Part shown: piece by piece, positions 1 through 7,544 of the stretch | Position numbering within the stretch: the first letter of the stretch is position 1 | How the letters are laid out: each line of letters starts with the position of its first letter | Source: an uncultured bacterium | Lineage (GTDB): Bacteria; Schekmanbacteria; GWA2-38-11; J061 | NCBI GenBank assembly: GCA_964549305.1 | Contig: CAZJVM010000063.1 | Span: 1-13,995 of the forward strand | Length of the DNA: 13,995 nt | Direction: 5' to 3' | The notes under the pieces: generated by a model | Databases searched by the model: none | What the model was told of the DNA's origin: nothing | What the model saw: the letters and a program-made list of their open reading frames with translations, nothing else | Translations under genes and position numbers: made by a program

Positions 1-297
1 GTTTACAGGATTGTCCGGGTGAAAAAAACTCAGCACTTTCATATTTTTTTCTTTTATCCATTTTTTTCTTTTTTCAGCACTGATAAAATCTTCTGCTTTA
101 ACGGGTACTTTGGGCTTGTAACCAAGTTCGTTCATAATAGTTACAAATTTAGTTATGTTGTTTTCTTCGATACAAATCATAATATCGAGGTCTGCAGTTA
201 ATCTTACAACACCGTGCAGGACGCAGGCGACACCGCCGACTACGACATATTGGACTTGTTTGTTGTTTAAATTTTCAAATATCTTTTCATAATACAT
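1..297 (-). CDS. Nucleotidyltransferase-fold protein (DUF6036/AbiEii-like), truncated at the window edge (3' end missing)
   Basis: Not in the ORF track. Manual translation from ATG 297: MYYEKIFENLNNKQVQYVVVGGVACVLHGVVRLTADLDIMICIEENNITKF..., open to base 1. It has the GG-x-A...HG-x-x-R-x-T-x-D-x-D motif of Pol-beta-type NTases. Confidence 0.8.
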   Translation of the reverse strand, partial: MYYEKIFENLNNKQVQYVVVGGVACVLHGVVRLTADLDIMICIEENNITKFVTIMNELGYKPKVPVKAEDFISAEKRKKWIKEKNMKVLSFFHPDNPVN

Positions 298-306
298 AGC
301 GAAATT

Positions 307-335
307 AGTATAATTTTCAGACAGATTCAAATCAA
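307..335 (-). promoter_or_regulatory. Sigma70-type promoter for the NTase gene (near-leaderless transcript)
   Basis: Minus strand TTGATT-17 bp-TATACT, with -10 ending 9 nt before the ATG at 297 and no SD in between. Confidence 0.6.
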
Positions 336-401
336 GGGATATTCTTTTAGTGTTCAAATGTTTTCTGGAAAAGCTCCTGATATTCTGCTATTTACATCGT
401 T

Positions 402-995
402 ATGAATTTCAATGCCTCATCAATAAAACATCTTCTTGAAGAAAGGGAGAGGTTTATTTTTGAAGATTCCTCTCTTACCGGCGCAGGTGTGCTCCTTCCC
501 ATATTTCTGAAAGATGAAACACCTCATATTCTTTTTACAAAAAGGACTGATAAGGTTGAACATCACAAGGGAGAAATATCGTTTCCAGGCGGAATGAAAA
601 ACGATGATGATAATAATATTTTGCAGACAGCGCTGCGAGAGACTTCGGAGGAAATCGGAGTGACGGAAAATAATATTGAAATACTCGGCGCGCTCGATGA
701 TGTGCCAACTGTTACGGGTTTTAATATTTCACCCTTTGCAGGAGTAATTCCTTTCCCCTATGAATTGAAGATAAACAGAGAGGAAATTGAACGAATTATT
801 GAAGTTCCCCTTTCGCTTTTAATGATAGAAAAGAAATGGTCTGAAACATTCAGGGAATACAAAGGAGATATGCTCAAGACATATTTCTTCGATTTTAACG
901 GTGATGTTATCTGGGGCGCCACGGCAGGCATTTTAAAGGGGTTTATAGAAATTCTAAATGGCAGTCAGGGTAATAAAAAAAATGAAAAACGATGA
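402..995 (+). CDS. CoA pyrophosphatase (Nudix hydrolase, NudL/PCD1 family)
   Basis: Nudix box GGMKNDDDNNILQTALRETSEEIG, upstream CoA-type motif LFTKRTDKVEHHKGEISFPGG and C-terminal IWGATA. Confidence 0.92.
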   Translation: MNFNASSIKHLLEERERFIFEDSSLTGAGVLLPIFLKDETPHILFTKRTDKVEHHKGEISFPGGMKNDDDNNILQTALRETSEEIGVTENNIEILGALDDVPTVTGFNISPFAGVIPFPYELKINREEIERIIEVPLSLLMIEKKWSETFREYKGDMLKTYFFDFNGDVIWGATAGILKGFIEILNGSQGNKKNEKR

Positions 996-1353
996 ATTGG
1001 TTGAAAAAATCTGCAAACCCTTCTGCTCTTTTTACAAGGAAGGTAAGGAAGAAATGCTTTGCAGGGGCGCGGAGATTTTCAGGAAGATTTTTAATAATTC
1101 TCAAAATGAGCGTTTTCTTGCCTATTTTAATGAAGAAATATCGTGCCCGAAAGTCTTTTATCAGAATGATGAGATGCTGAAAAAGATATGCCGTAAATGT
1201 GAGTTCTACATAACAGGGTGCGATTTCACAGACCCGGATTTTAAGGGATATTCTCCTCCCTGCGGAGGATATATCGCAGTAGTGTGCCTGATTAAGGAGA
1301 AGAATATTACCCTTCAGGCATTACTTGATGCAGAAGAGCAGTGTGGCAGTTAG
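982..1353 (+). CDS. Cys-rich hypothetical protein (putative metal/Fe-S binding)
   Basis: ORF 958..1353; ATG 982 (MKNDEL...) overlaps the end of the Nudix gene and is the likelier start. 10 Cys in 123 aa with a duplicated C-x2-3-C-x-FY motif. Confidence 0.7.
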   Translation: MKNDELVEKICKPFCSFYKEGKEEMLCRGAEIFRKIFNNSQNERFLAYFNEEISCPKVFYQNDEMLKKICRKCEFYITGCDFTDPDFKGYSPPCGGYIAVVCLIKEKNITLQALLDAEEQCGS

Positions 1354-1369
1354 AAAAATATCCTTCATA

Positions 1370-1996
1370 TTAAGGCAATGCTTCAAACTCTTTAAGATCT
1401 TTGCAGTTTAGAGCAGGATTATTTTTCTTTTCATTCCCTATTGTCGAGGAAGCGCCTCCGTAATCGTGTCCCGGATATACTTCGATGTTGTCGGGCAAGG
1501 TTTTGATTTTCCTTTCAAGACTTTCATAAAGCTGTTTTGAACTTCCTCCTGCAAGGTCAGTCCTTCCGCAGTCTCCCACAAAGAGTGTGTCACCGGTTAT
1601 GAGTTTCTCGTTATTTATGAGAAGGCATATTCCTCCGGGGGTATGACCCGGTGTGTGGATTATTCTCACAATTACAGTGCCGAGGCGCATATGGTCGCCT
1701 TCTTCCACTTCAATATCAACGGGTATGGTTTGATTTTTCAACACATCACATTCAAGTTTATGGACTACGGTTTTAATATCTGTGAGCGATTTGATTTCTC
1801 TAAAACCACCGATATGGTCAAAATGAGTGTGTGTCGCGAAAAGATATTCAGGTTTCAACCCATTATCACTTAGTAGGGCAAGCACCTTGTTAACATTTGA
1901 AGGAGGGTCGACTATTGCGCCTGCGCCAGTTTCCTCGCAACCGAATACATAAGTAAAATTTCCCATTGCCCCCGTATGAATCTGCTTGAAAAACAT
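1370..1996 (-). CDS. MBL-fold metallo-hydrolase (glyoxalase II/ETHE1-like)
   Basis: THTHFDHIGG, HTPGHTPG, GDTLF and YPGHDY motifs; SD AGGAG upstream of ATG 1996. Confidence 0.92.
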   Translation of the reverse strand: MFFKQIHTGAMGNFTYVFGCEETGAGAIVDPPSNVNKVLALLSDNGLKPEYLFATHTHFDHIGGFREIKSLTDIKTVVHKLECDVLKNQTIPVDIEVEEGDHMRLGTVIVRIIHTPGHTPGGICLLINNEKLITGDTLFVGDCGRTDLAGGSSKQLYESLERKIKTLPDNIEVYPGHDYGGASSTIGNEKKNNPALNCKDLKEFEALP

Positions 1997-2015
1997 TATC
2001 GTCTCCTTCTAATCG

Positions 2016-2453
2016 TTAATCGGAAAGTGTTTTTATGTAATTTTTTGCCATTTCATCGCATTCCTCGTTTTCAGGATGTCCCGCGTGCCCTTTTAGCCAC
2101 TGCCATCTTATTTTGTGAGGTTTTGAAACCTCGAGAAGTCTTTCCCAAAGGTCCCTGTTTTTTACCGGTTGTTTGTTTGCGTTTTTCCAATCTTTTTTGA
2201 GCCAGTTGAAAATCCACTTTGTTATTCCCAGTACGAGGTATTGTGAATCAGTGAAAATATCAATTTGCGAAGGTTTGCCGATTTCTTCAATCCCTTTTAT
2301 TGCTCCAAAAAGCTCCATCCTGTTGTTTGTTGTCTGCTTTTCTCCTCCCGATATTTTGCGGATTTTTTCCCCGTCATTGATTATTATTCCGTATCCTCCG
2401 GCACCCGGATTTCCGCTGCACGCACCGTCGCAGTAAATGGTGTATTTTTTCAT
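2016..2453 (-). CDS. rnhA: Ribonuclease HI
   Basis: YCDGACSGNPGAGG, TTNNRMEL, TDSQY, WKNANKQPVKNRDLW and KGHAGHPENEECD motifs; all four catalytic acidic residues present. Confidence 0.97.
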   Translation of the reverse strand: MKKYTIYCDGACSGNPGAGGYGIIINDGEKIRKISGGEKQTTNNRMELFGAIKGIEEIGKPSQIDIFTDSQYLVLGITKWIFNWLKKDWKNANKQPVKNRDLWERLLEVSKPHKIRWQWLKGHAGHPENEECDEMAKNYIKTLSD

Positions 2454-2556
2454 AATAGTTTGATTGTCCCTTTTATTTTTTAGTATATTTTAGGTAAATT
2501 GAAAGTGTTTTTTGTAACACACTTTTTAAAAAAATATAAAGGAGACTTTACAATCA

Positions 2557-3645
2557 ATGTCTTTACTTTTTACAAAATGCAGTATCGGACAAGTTGAAAT
2601 AAAAAACCGCTTCGTCCGTTCGGCGACTGAGGAATATATTGCCTCCGGAGACGGAAGTGTTTCAGAAGACAAGATGATAATATTTGAAAATCTCGCGGCA
2701 GGCGGAAGCGGTCTTATAATTCTCGGCCATTCCTTTGTTACTCCCGAAGGAAGATGCCATCTGAGGCAGAAGGGCATTCACGATGATGCGATGACAGATA
2801 CCTTTGCACTCATAAAGGAGAAGATAAAGGCAGTTGACCCGTTGGTAAAAGTTGCCGCGCAACTCAATCACGGCGGAAGACAATCTGACCCCGCAATCAC
2901 TTCTCCTGTCGCGCCTTCCCCGGTTAGACCTCGCGGAATGCGGGTGACACCGCGTGAGATGACTGCAGATGAGATTAAAAAAGTTATTGAGGAATTTGCA
3001 GATGCGGCAGACAGGGCGGAAAATGCGGGAATGGATGCCGTGCAGATACACGCGGCGCACGGATATCTTCTCAGCCAGTTTCTCTCGCCATTTACAAACA
3101 GAAGGAGCGATGAATGGGGCGGTAACAGAAAGGGAAGAATAAAAATTGTAAAAGAAATTATTGTTCGCATAAAGGAGAAGGTTCCAAATAATTTTCCAAT
3201 CCTCATAAAACTTAATATCTCTGATTTCGTAGAAGGCGGACTTGAAGTAGATGAAGGCATTGAGAATGCCCTTGAAATCGCGGGAGAAGGAGTTTCGGCA
3301 ATCGAGCCAAGCTGTGCCATAGCGGAAACAAAGACGCAAAAAGGCGCCGCAAGGCCTTCGATTAAAAGTTCAGATATGGAAGCTTACTTTTCGTCTTTTG
3401 CCGAAAATATCAAAAAAGCTTCGAATGCCAAAGTCTTTCTTGTAGGCGGTATGCGTTCACGAAGCGTAATGGAGGAAAAAATCGATAAAGGAATTGCTGA
3501 TTTCATTTCAATGAGTCGTTCTCTCATAAGAGAGCCCGATTTGCCTAATAAAATTGCAGAGGGCAAAGAAAAGGCGGACTGCATATCCTGCAATCTATGT
3601 TTTCAGCCAAAAAGCGGAGAGGTAAGATGTGTCGTTTTGGAATAG
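2557..3645 (+). CDS. NADH:flavin oxidoreductase (Old Yellow Enzyme family)
   Basis: NRFVRSAT, QLNHGGRQ, QIHAAHGYLLSQFLSPFTNRRSDEWGG and C-terminal CISCNLC...C motifs; SD AAGGAG upstream. Confidence 0.93.
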   Translation: MSLLFTKCSIGQVEIKNRFVRSATEEYIASGDGSVSEDKMIIFENLAAGGSGLIILGHSFVTPEGRCHLRQKGIHDDAMTDTFALIKEKIKAVDPLVKVAAQLNHGGRQSDPAITSPVAPSPVRPRGMRVTPREMTADEIKKVIEEFADAADRAENAGMDAVQIHAAHGYLLSQFLSPFTNRRSDEWGGNRKGRIKIVKEIIVRIKEKVPNNFPILIKLNISDFVEGGLEVDEGIENALEIAGEGVSAIEPSCAIAETKTQKGAARPSIKSSDMEAYFSSFAENIKKASNAKVFLVGGMRSRSVMEEKIDKGIADFISMSRSLIREPDLPNKIAEGKEKADCISCNLCFQPKSGEVRCVVLE

Positions 3646-3697
3646 TAATAAATAGAAAACAACTTTCTTTCAGTTTAACTGCATTGAGGAGAAATAT

Positions 3698-3874
3698 ATG
3701 GAAGATAGCAAGAAAATAAAATGTCCTGCCTGTGACGGAAGAGGATATCTTGAAAAGGTGTCTGAAACCCATTCCGAAGCGTGGTCAGAAAGGGAGCATG
3801 AAAGTATTCCTATGGACAGAGAGTTTTGCGACAAATGCAACGGCACGGGATTAATCGATGAGGATGAAATGTGA
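3698..3874 (+). CDS. 58-aa DnaJ-type zinc-finger microprotein
   Basis: Below the ORF-track cutoff. SD GAGGAG lies 6 nt before ATG 3698. Translation MEDSKKIKCPACDGRGYLEKVSETHSEAWSEREHESIPMDREFCDKCNGTGLIDEDEM has two CxxCxGxG repeats. Confidence 0.8.
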   Translation: MEDSKKIKCPACDGRGYLEKVSETHSEAWSEREHESIPMDREFCDKCNGTGLIDEDEM

Positions 3875-3880
3875 TTTTTA

Positions 3881-3897
3881 CCCCTCGTTGCGCGGGG
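3881..3897. terminator. Possible hairpin between convergent genes
   Basis: CCCCtCG-ttg-CGcGGGG, an imperfect GC stem in the 29-bp gap between the stop codons at 3874 and 3904; no good U-tract on either strand. Confidence 0.3.
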
Positions 3898-3903
3898 AAA
3901 TAG

Positions 3904-4638
3904 TCAGTCTACGGATTCGCCGCTGAAAGGCTCAAAGAGTTTTTTTCTCAAATCGTGAAGACTTTCGGCGTCGTCGGGGAAAGATGCGGCATTTACTGTT
4001 ATGTCAAGCAATTCACCTTCACCTGTTTTTATCTCTCGAAGTTTTTCATTAATCCTATCCATTAATAGGTCAACTTTGTTTTTGTCGGTTTCGGGAAGAA
4101 TGCTTGTATAAATTTGGTTTGAGTAGCGAAAGAGGGAATTTCCTTCGCTCAAAAAATCCCTTAAAGACCTTGTTACCGAGCATATCGTTTCGTTGCCCGA
4201 ACCGAATCCGAGTTTCTTGTCAATTTCGGCGAGATTTTTAACTGCCACAACTAAAACGGAAAAGGGAGCCGAAGACATCTGCGACCTTCTGAATTCCATT
4301 GCCAGACAGTCTTCGAAGTGATTTTTCGTTCCCAGCGAAAGAAGATTTTCTCTTATTGACTGTTCCTTTAAGGTATCGCTTTTCTGTTTTTCCTCTTCAA
4401 TTTTGAACCTCAGTTTCTTAACCTGTGTTTGATTGTTTATAATGTAAATGATGAAAAGGAGAATCAGCACGGCAAATGAATAGAAATAGCTGTTTTCAAG
4501 GGGTTTGCCCCATATGGAAGTATACTGCAGGGTGAGAATGACTAAAAATGCCGCTAAAAGAAGAAAGAGCAGAAGAGTGAGTATCCAAAGCTGCTTATCT
4601 CTGCTTTCCACATAATCTATGTTTTTTGTCTTTGCCAT
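3904..4638 (-). CDS. Membrane protein with two TM helices, a coiled coil and a degenerate GGDEF domain
   Basis: Two hydrophobic segments, then a GGDEF-like fold (HFEDCLAMEFRRS...PFSVLVV...ILPETD...ASFPDDAES) with RYSNQIY in place of RYGGDEF. The track start at 4701 lies inside a promoter, so ATG 4638 (or GTG 4659) is preferred. Confidence 0.8.
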   Translation of the reverse strand: MAKTKNIDYVESRDKQLWILTLLLFLLLAAFLVILTLQYTSIWGKPLENSYFYSFAVLILLFIIYIINNQTQVKKLRFKIEEEKQKSDTLKEQSIRENLLSLGTKNHFEDCLAMEFRRSQMSSAPFSVLVVAVKNLAEIDKKLGFGSGNETICSVTRSLRDFLSEGNSLFRYSNQIYTSILPETDKNKVDLLMDRINEKLREIKTGEGELLDITVNAASFPDDAESLHDLRKKLFEPFSGESVD

Positions 4639-4677
4639 AATAATGGTATTTAACGCCACTGCCTCCCGTTGCATACG

Positions 4678-4706
4678 ATTATAAACCCGGTCATTTAACA
4701 ATTCAA
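4678..4706 (-). promoter_or_regulatory. Sigma70-type promoter for the GGDEF-like gene
   Basis: Minus strand TTGAAT-17 bp-TATAAT, with a consensus -10. Confidence 0.7.
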
Positions 4707-4775
4707 GGTTACTTTTTGAAAAAATTAATTCGAGGGTATTTATTCGGATAGTAAAGAAAGCGAATGAAATGTTTT

Positions 4776-7064
4776 TTACTTTTTAGCTTCTGCCTGTTTT
4801 TTTTCTTCTATTGCCTTTAAAACTTTTTCCGGAGTTACGGGCAATTCGCTGATTGGCCATCCTATGGCATTGCTTACGGCGTTTGCAATTGCCTGCGTGG
4901 TACACTGAATAGCTCCCTGTCCCACTTCCTTTGCGCCGAAAGGACCGTAGGGGTCATTGCTTTCCACTATAATATGGTCAACTTCCGGAATATTGAAAGC
5001 CCTTGGAGTTTTATAGTCAAGAAACGAAGGATTTAGTACCTGTCCGTTTTCCATAATGCATTCTTCGTAGAGCGCCTGTCCCATTCCGCTGAAAACCTGT
5101 CCGTCAAGCTGTCCTTCCACTCCCATGGGATTTATGGCAAAACCCACATCGTGGGCAACGGTCATTTTAAGAATTTTCACTTCGCCAGTTTCGGGGTCAA
5201 CCTCTACTTCGGCGATTTGCGCGCCAAAGGAATAGGCAAGGGAGGAATTCCCCTGAAGCGTTGACATATCTGCCGCTTCTACAGGTGGATTGTAGAAACC
5301 CCTTCCCATTATGAATCTTCCCTCGTCGGAATAAAGTGTTTCAAAAATGAGGTCTTCGAAGCTTATTGCCTTATCAGGAGCGTCTTTTGGATAGACTTTG
5401 TCATCCCTGAAAATTATAGCCGAAGCGCGCGCGGAAAACTTTTTCGATGCTGATTTTACAAGTTGTTTCTTTACGTCCTTTGCGGCGTTTATGACCGCGT
5501 TTCCCGTTGTAAATGTTCCTCTTTGAGACATAGCGCCCACATCGAGAGGGGCGATGTCCGTATCTCCCGATATTACAGTAATATTCGAGGCAGATATTCC
5601 GAGCACCTCACCTGCGATCATTGCCATTGTCGTATGAGAACCCTGTCCCATATCGGGCAGTCCCGTAAATAAAAAAACTTTGCCGTCTTCGGAAACCTTA
5701 ATAAAAATAGCGGAAGTGTCGTGGGTGAACATTCCTTTGCCGCCCGAACGAATTAATCCGCACCCTATTCCAATACCTTTGTACGGAGGAAGCTTTCCGC
5801 GTTTTCTTTTCCATCCTGATTTTTTGACAGCTTTTTTAATGCATTCCTTGAGTCCGCAACTTGCGTAATGGATTTTATTTGGTGCTGTATATCCCTTGTC
5901 AACGGCATTTTTTAGGCGCAATTGCGCAGGGTCAATGCCAAGGTCATTTGCCACCCTGTCAAAGTGCGCCCCCATTGCAAAGCGAAGGGTTACCATTCCG
6001 GTGCCGTGATGAAAGAAGTAGGGTGGATTGTTCGTGTAAACGAGTTTTCCGCTGAATCGGGCGGCATCGAGTTTGTATAGCATCTGAAGAGATGTTGCCA
6101 TAAATCTGAGCACTATAAACTGTGTTTCCATATATGCGCCGCAATCTGCAAGAACATTTGCTTCGCAAGCCTTCAGGGTACCGTCCTTCTTGAATCCCGT
6201 TTTCATCTTAATCTTGAAGGTGCCGCCGCCTCGAAAAACAAGAAATTCCTCATCAGCACTGCAAATAAGTTTTACGGGACGGGCCGTTTTTCTTGAAAGG
6301 AAAGCGGCTATATAATGAAATCCCTTGTCGGCGCCACGTCCGCAAAAAGCCCCGCCCGTGTTAAGGTTCATTATCCTCACATTGCTTGCCGAAAGCCCGA
6401 GGTTGAATGCCATATTGTTCTGAATAATTGCAGATGACTGAATAGGCGTCCAGATGATTATTTTATCAGGGAGAGAATAATCTACCAGCGCGATATGATG
6501 CTCGGAAAAACAGCTGTGATTAGGCCTTATTACAAACTCATCTTCCCTGATATAATCTGATTGTGAAAAAGCCGCGTCTGCATCTCCGAAAGTGATATTG
6601 ATATCGTCGGCAAAGTTGTCTTCAAGGTAATCGTGAAGCACGGGAGCGCCTTCCGTCAAAGCTTCATCAATTGAAAGGATGGGCTTTTGCGGTTCGTAGT
6701 CAACTTTAATCAGTTCAGCTGCTTCCATTGCAGTGTTTTCGTCAACTGCCGCAACTGCCGCGACTTCATCTCCGAAGCAGTAAACCTTATCACTGCAAAG
6801 AAGCTGTTCATCGGGGCCGAACATAAAACCGTTTAAATCTTCGTTTACTATTACTGATTTTACGCCGGGCAACTTTTTTGCTCTTGAAACATCTACATTG
6901 AGTATCTTTGCGCTTGGCAGGGGGCTTCTTACTATTTTTGCATGGAGCATTCCGGGCAACGTGAAATCGTCGGCAAACTCTGAGCGTCCCGTTGATTTGT
7001 AAACGCCGTCAAGGCGCGGATGACTTTTCCCTATTACGCTGTATTTGTCTTTTTGTCCTGCCAT
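4776..7064 (-). CDS. Xanthine oxidase-family molybdopterin-binding subunit, 4-hydroxybenzoyl-CoA reductase alpha-like (divergent active site)
   Basis: 762 aa with RLDG..KSTG, DMGQGSHT, AQIAEVEVDPETGEV, HDVGFAINP..VEGQLDG and DPYGPFGAKEVG motifs; third gene of a beta-gamma-alpha operon. Confidence 0.93.
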   Translation of the reverse strand: MAGQKDKYSVIGKSHPRLDGVYKSTGRSEFADDFTLPGMLHAKIVRSPLPSAKILNVDVSRAKKLPGVKSVIVNEDLNGFMFGPDEQLLCSDKVYCFGDEVAAVAAVDENTAMEAAELIKVDYEPQKPILSIDEALTEGAPVLHDYLEDNFADDINITFGDADAAFSQSDYIREDEFVIRPNHSCFSEHHIALVDYSLPDKIIIWTPIQSSAIIQNNMAFNLGLSASNVRIMNLNTGGAFCGRGADKGFHYIAAFLSRKTARPVKLICSADEEFLVFRGGGTFKIKMKTGFKKDGTLKACEANVLADCGAYMETQFIVLRFMATSLQMLYKLDAARFSGKLVYTNNPPYFFHHGTGMVTLRFAMGAHFDRVANDLGIDPAQLRLKNAVDKGYTAPNKIHYASCGLKECIKKAVKKSGWKRKRGKLPPYKGIGIGCGLIRSGGKGMFTHDTSAIFIKVSEDGKVFLFTGLPDMGQGSHTTMAMIAGEVLGISASNITVISGDTDIAPLDVGAMSQRGTFTTGNAVINAAKDVKKQLVKSASKKFSARASAIIFRDDKVYPKDAPDKAISFEDLIFETLYSDEGRFIMGRGFYNPPVEAADMSTLQGNSSLAYSFGAQIAEVEVDPETGEVKILKMTVAHDVGFAINPMGVEGQLDGQVFSGMGQALYEECIMENGQVLNPSFLDYKTPRAFNIPEVDHIIVESNDPYGPFGAKEVGQGAIQCTTQAIANAVSNAIGWPISELPVTPEKVLKAIEEKKQAEAKK

Positions 7065-7076
7065 ATTCGGATACCC

Positions 7077-7541
7077 TTATTCAGAAGGGATTAAACTTTT
7101 GATTGCTTCAATTATCTTTATGTGTCCCGTGCATCTGCAGAATGTGCCGGCAAGCGCTTCCCTGATTTCCTCGTCGCAGGGAGACGGGTTATTGTCAAGA
7201 AGGGCTTTTGAAGTCATTACAATTCCCGGAGTGCAGAATCCGCACTGAATGGCGCCTTTTTCTATGAAAGCTTTTTGTACGGGGTGAAGATCGTCTTCCG
7301 GGCTGATTCCTTCTATTGTGGTAACAGAATGTCCTTCTGCCTCCAATGCCAGAATCAGGCAGGAAAGAACCGCTTTTCCGTCCATTATGACGGTGCAGAC
7401 ACCGCAAGTGCCTGTATCGCATCCTTTTTTTGTGCCTGTAAGCTTAAGCTGGTCCCTTAAAACTTCAAGAAGCGTATCATTTGGGTTTACGGCGACTTCA
7501 TAATCATCGCCGTTAACATTCAATGTGATTATCTTCTTCAA
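7077..7541 (-). CDS. 2x[2Fe-2S] subunit (HcrC/CoxS-like)
   Basis: GCDTGTCGVC...C and QCGFC...CRCTG motifs; TTG start 3 nt after the upstream stop codon. Confidence 0.95.
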   Translation of the reverse strand: MKKIITLNVNGDDYEVAVNPNDTLLEVLRDQLKLTGTKKGCDTGTCGVCTVIMDGKAVLSCLILALEAEGHSVTTIEGISPEDDLHPVQKAFIEKGAIQCGFCTPGIVMTSKALLDNNPSPCDEEIREALAGTFCRCTGHIKIIEAIKSLIPSE

Positions 7542-7544
7542 ACC

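Noticed and set aside
19-201. 60-aa plus-strand ORF in the track
   Set aside because: It is the antisense shadow of the minus-strand NTase gene, which has clear motifs.
1370-2453. rnhA-MBL hydrolase pair as a possible nuclease or defence module
   Set aside because: The MBL protein is glyoxalase II/ETHE1-like with no beta-CASP domain, and rnhA is a canonical housekeeping gene.
2662-3339. 225-aa and 150-aa antisense ORFs inside the OYE gene
   Set aside because: They show no motifs and are fully nested in a well-supported gene, so they are typical shadow frames.
3872-3900. TGA followed by a hairpin, considered as a selenocysteine/SECIS signal
   Set aside because: The TGA is not at a Cys-motif position, and read-through would run antisense into the next gene with no meaningful sequence.
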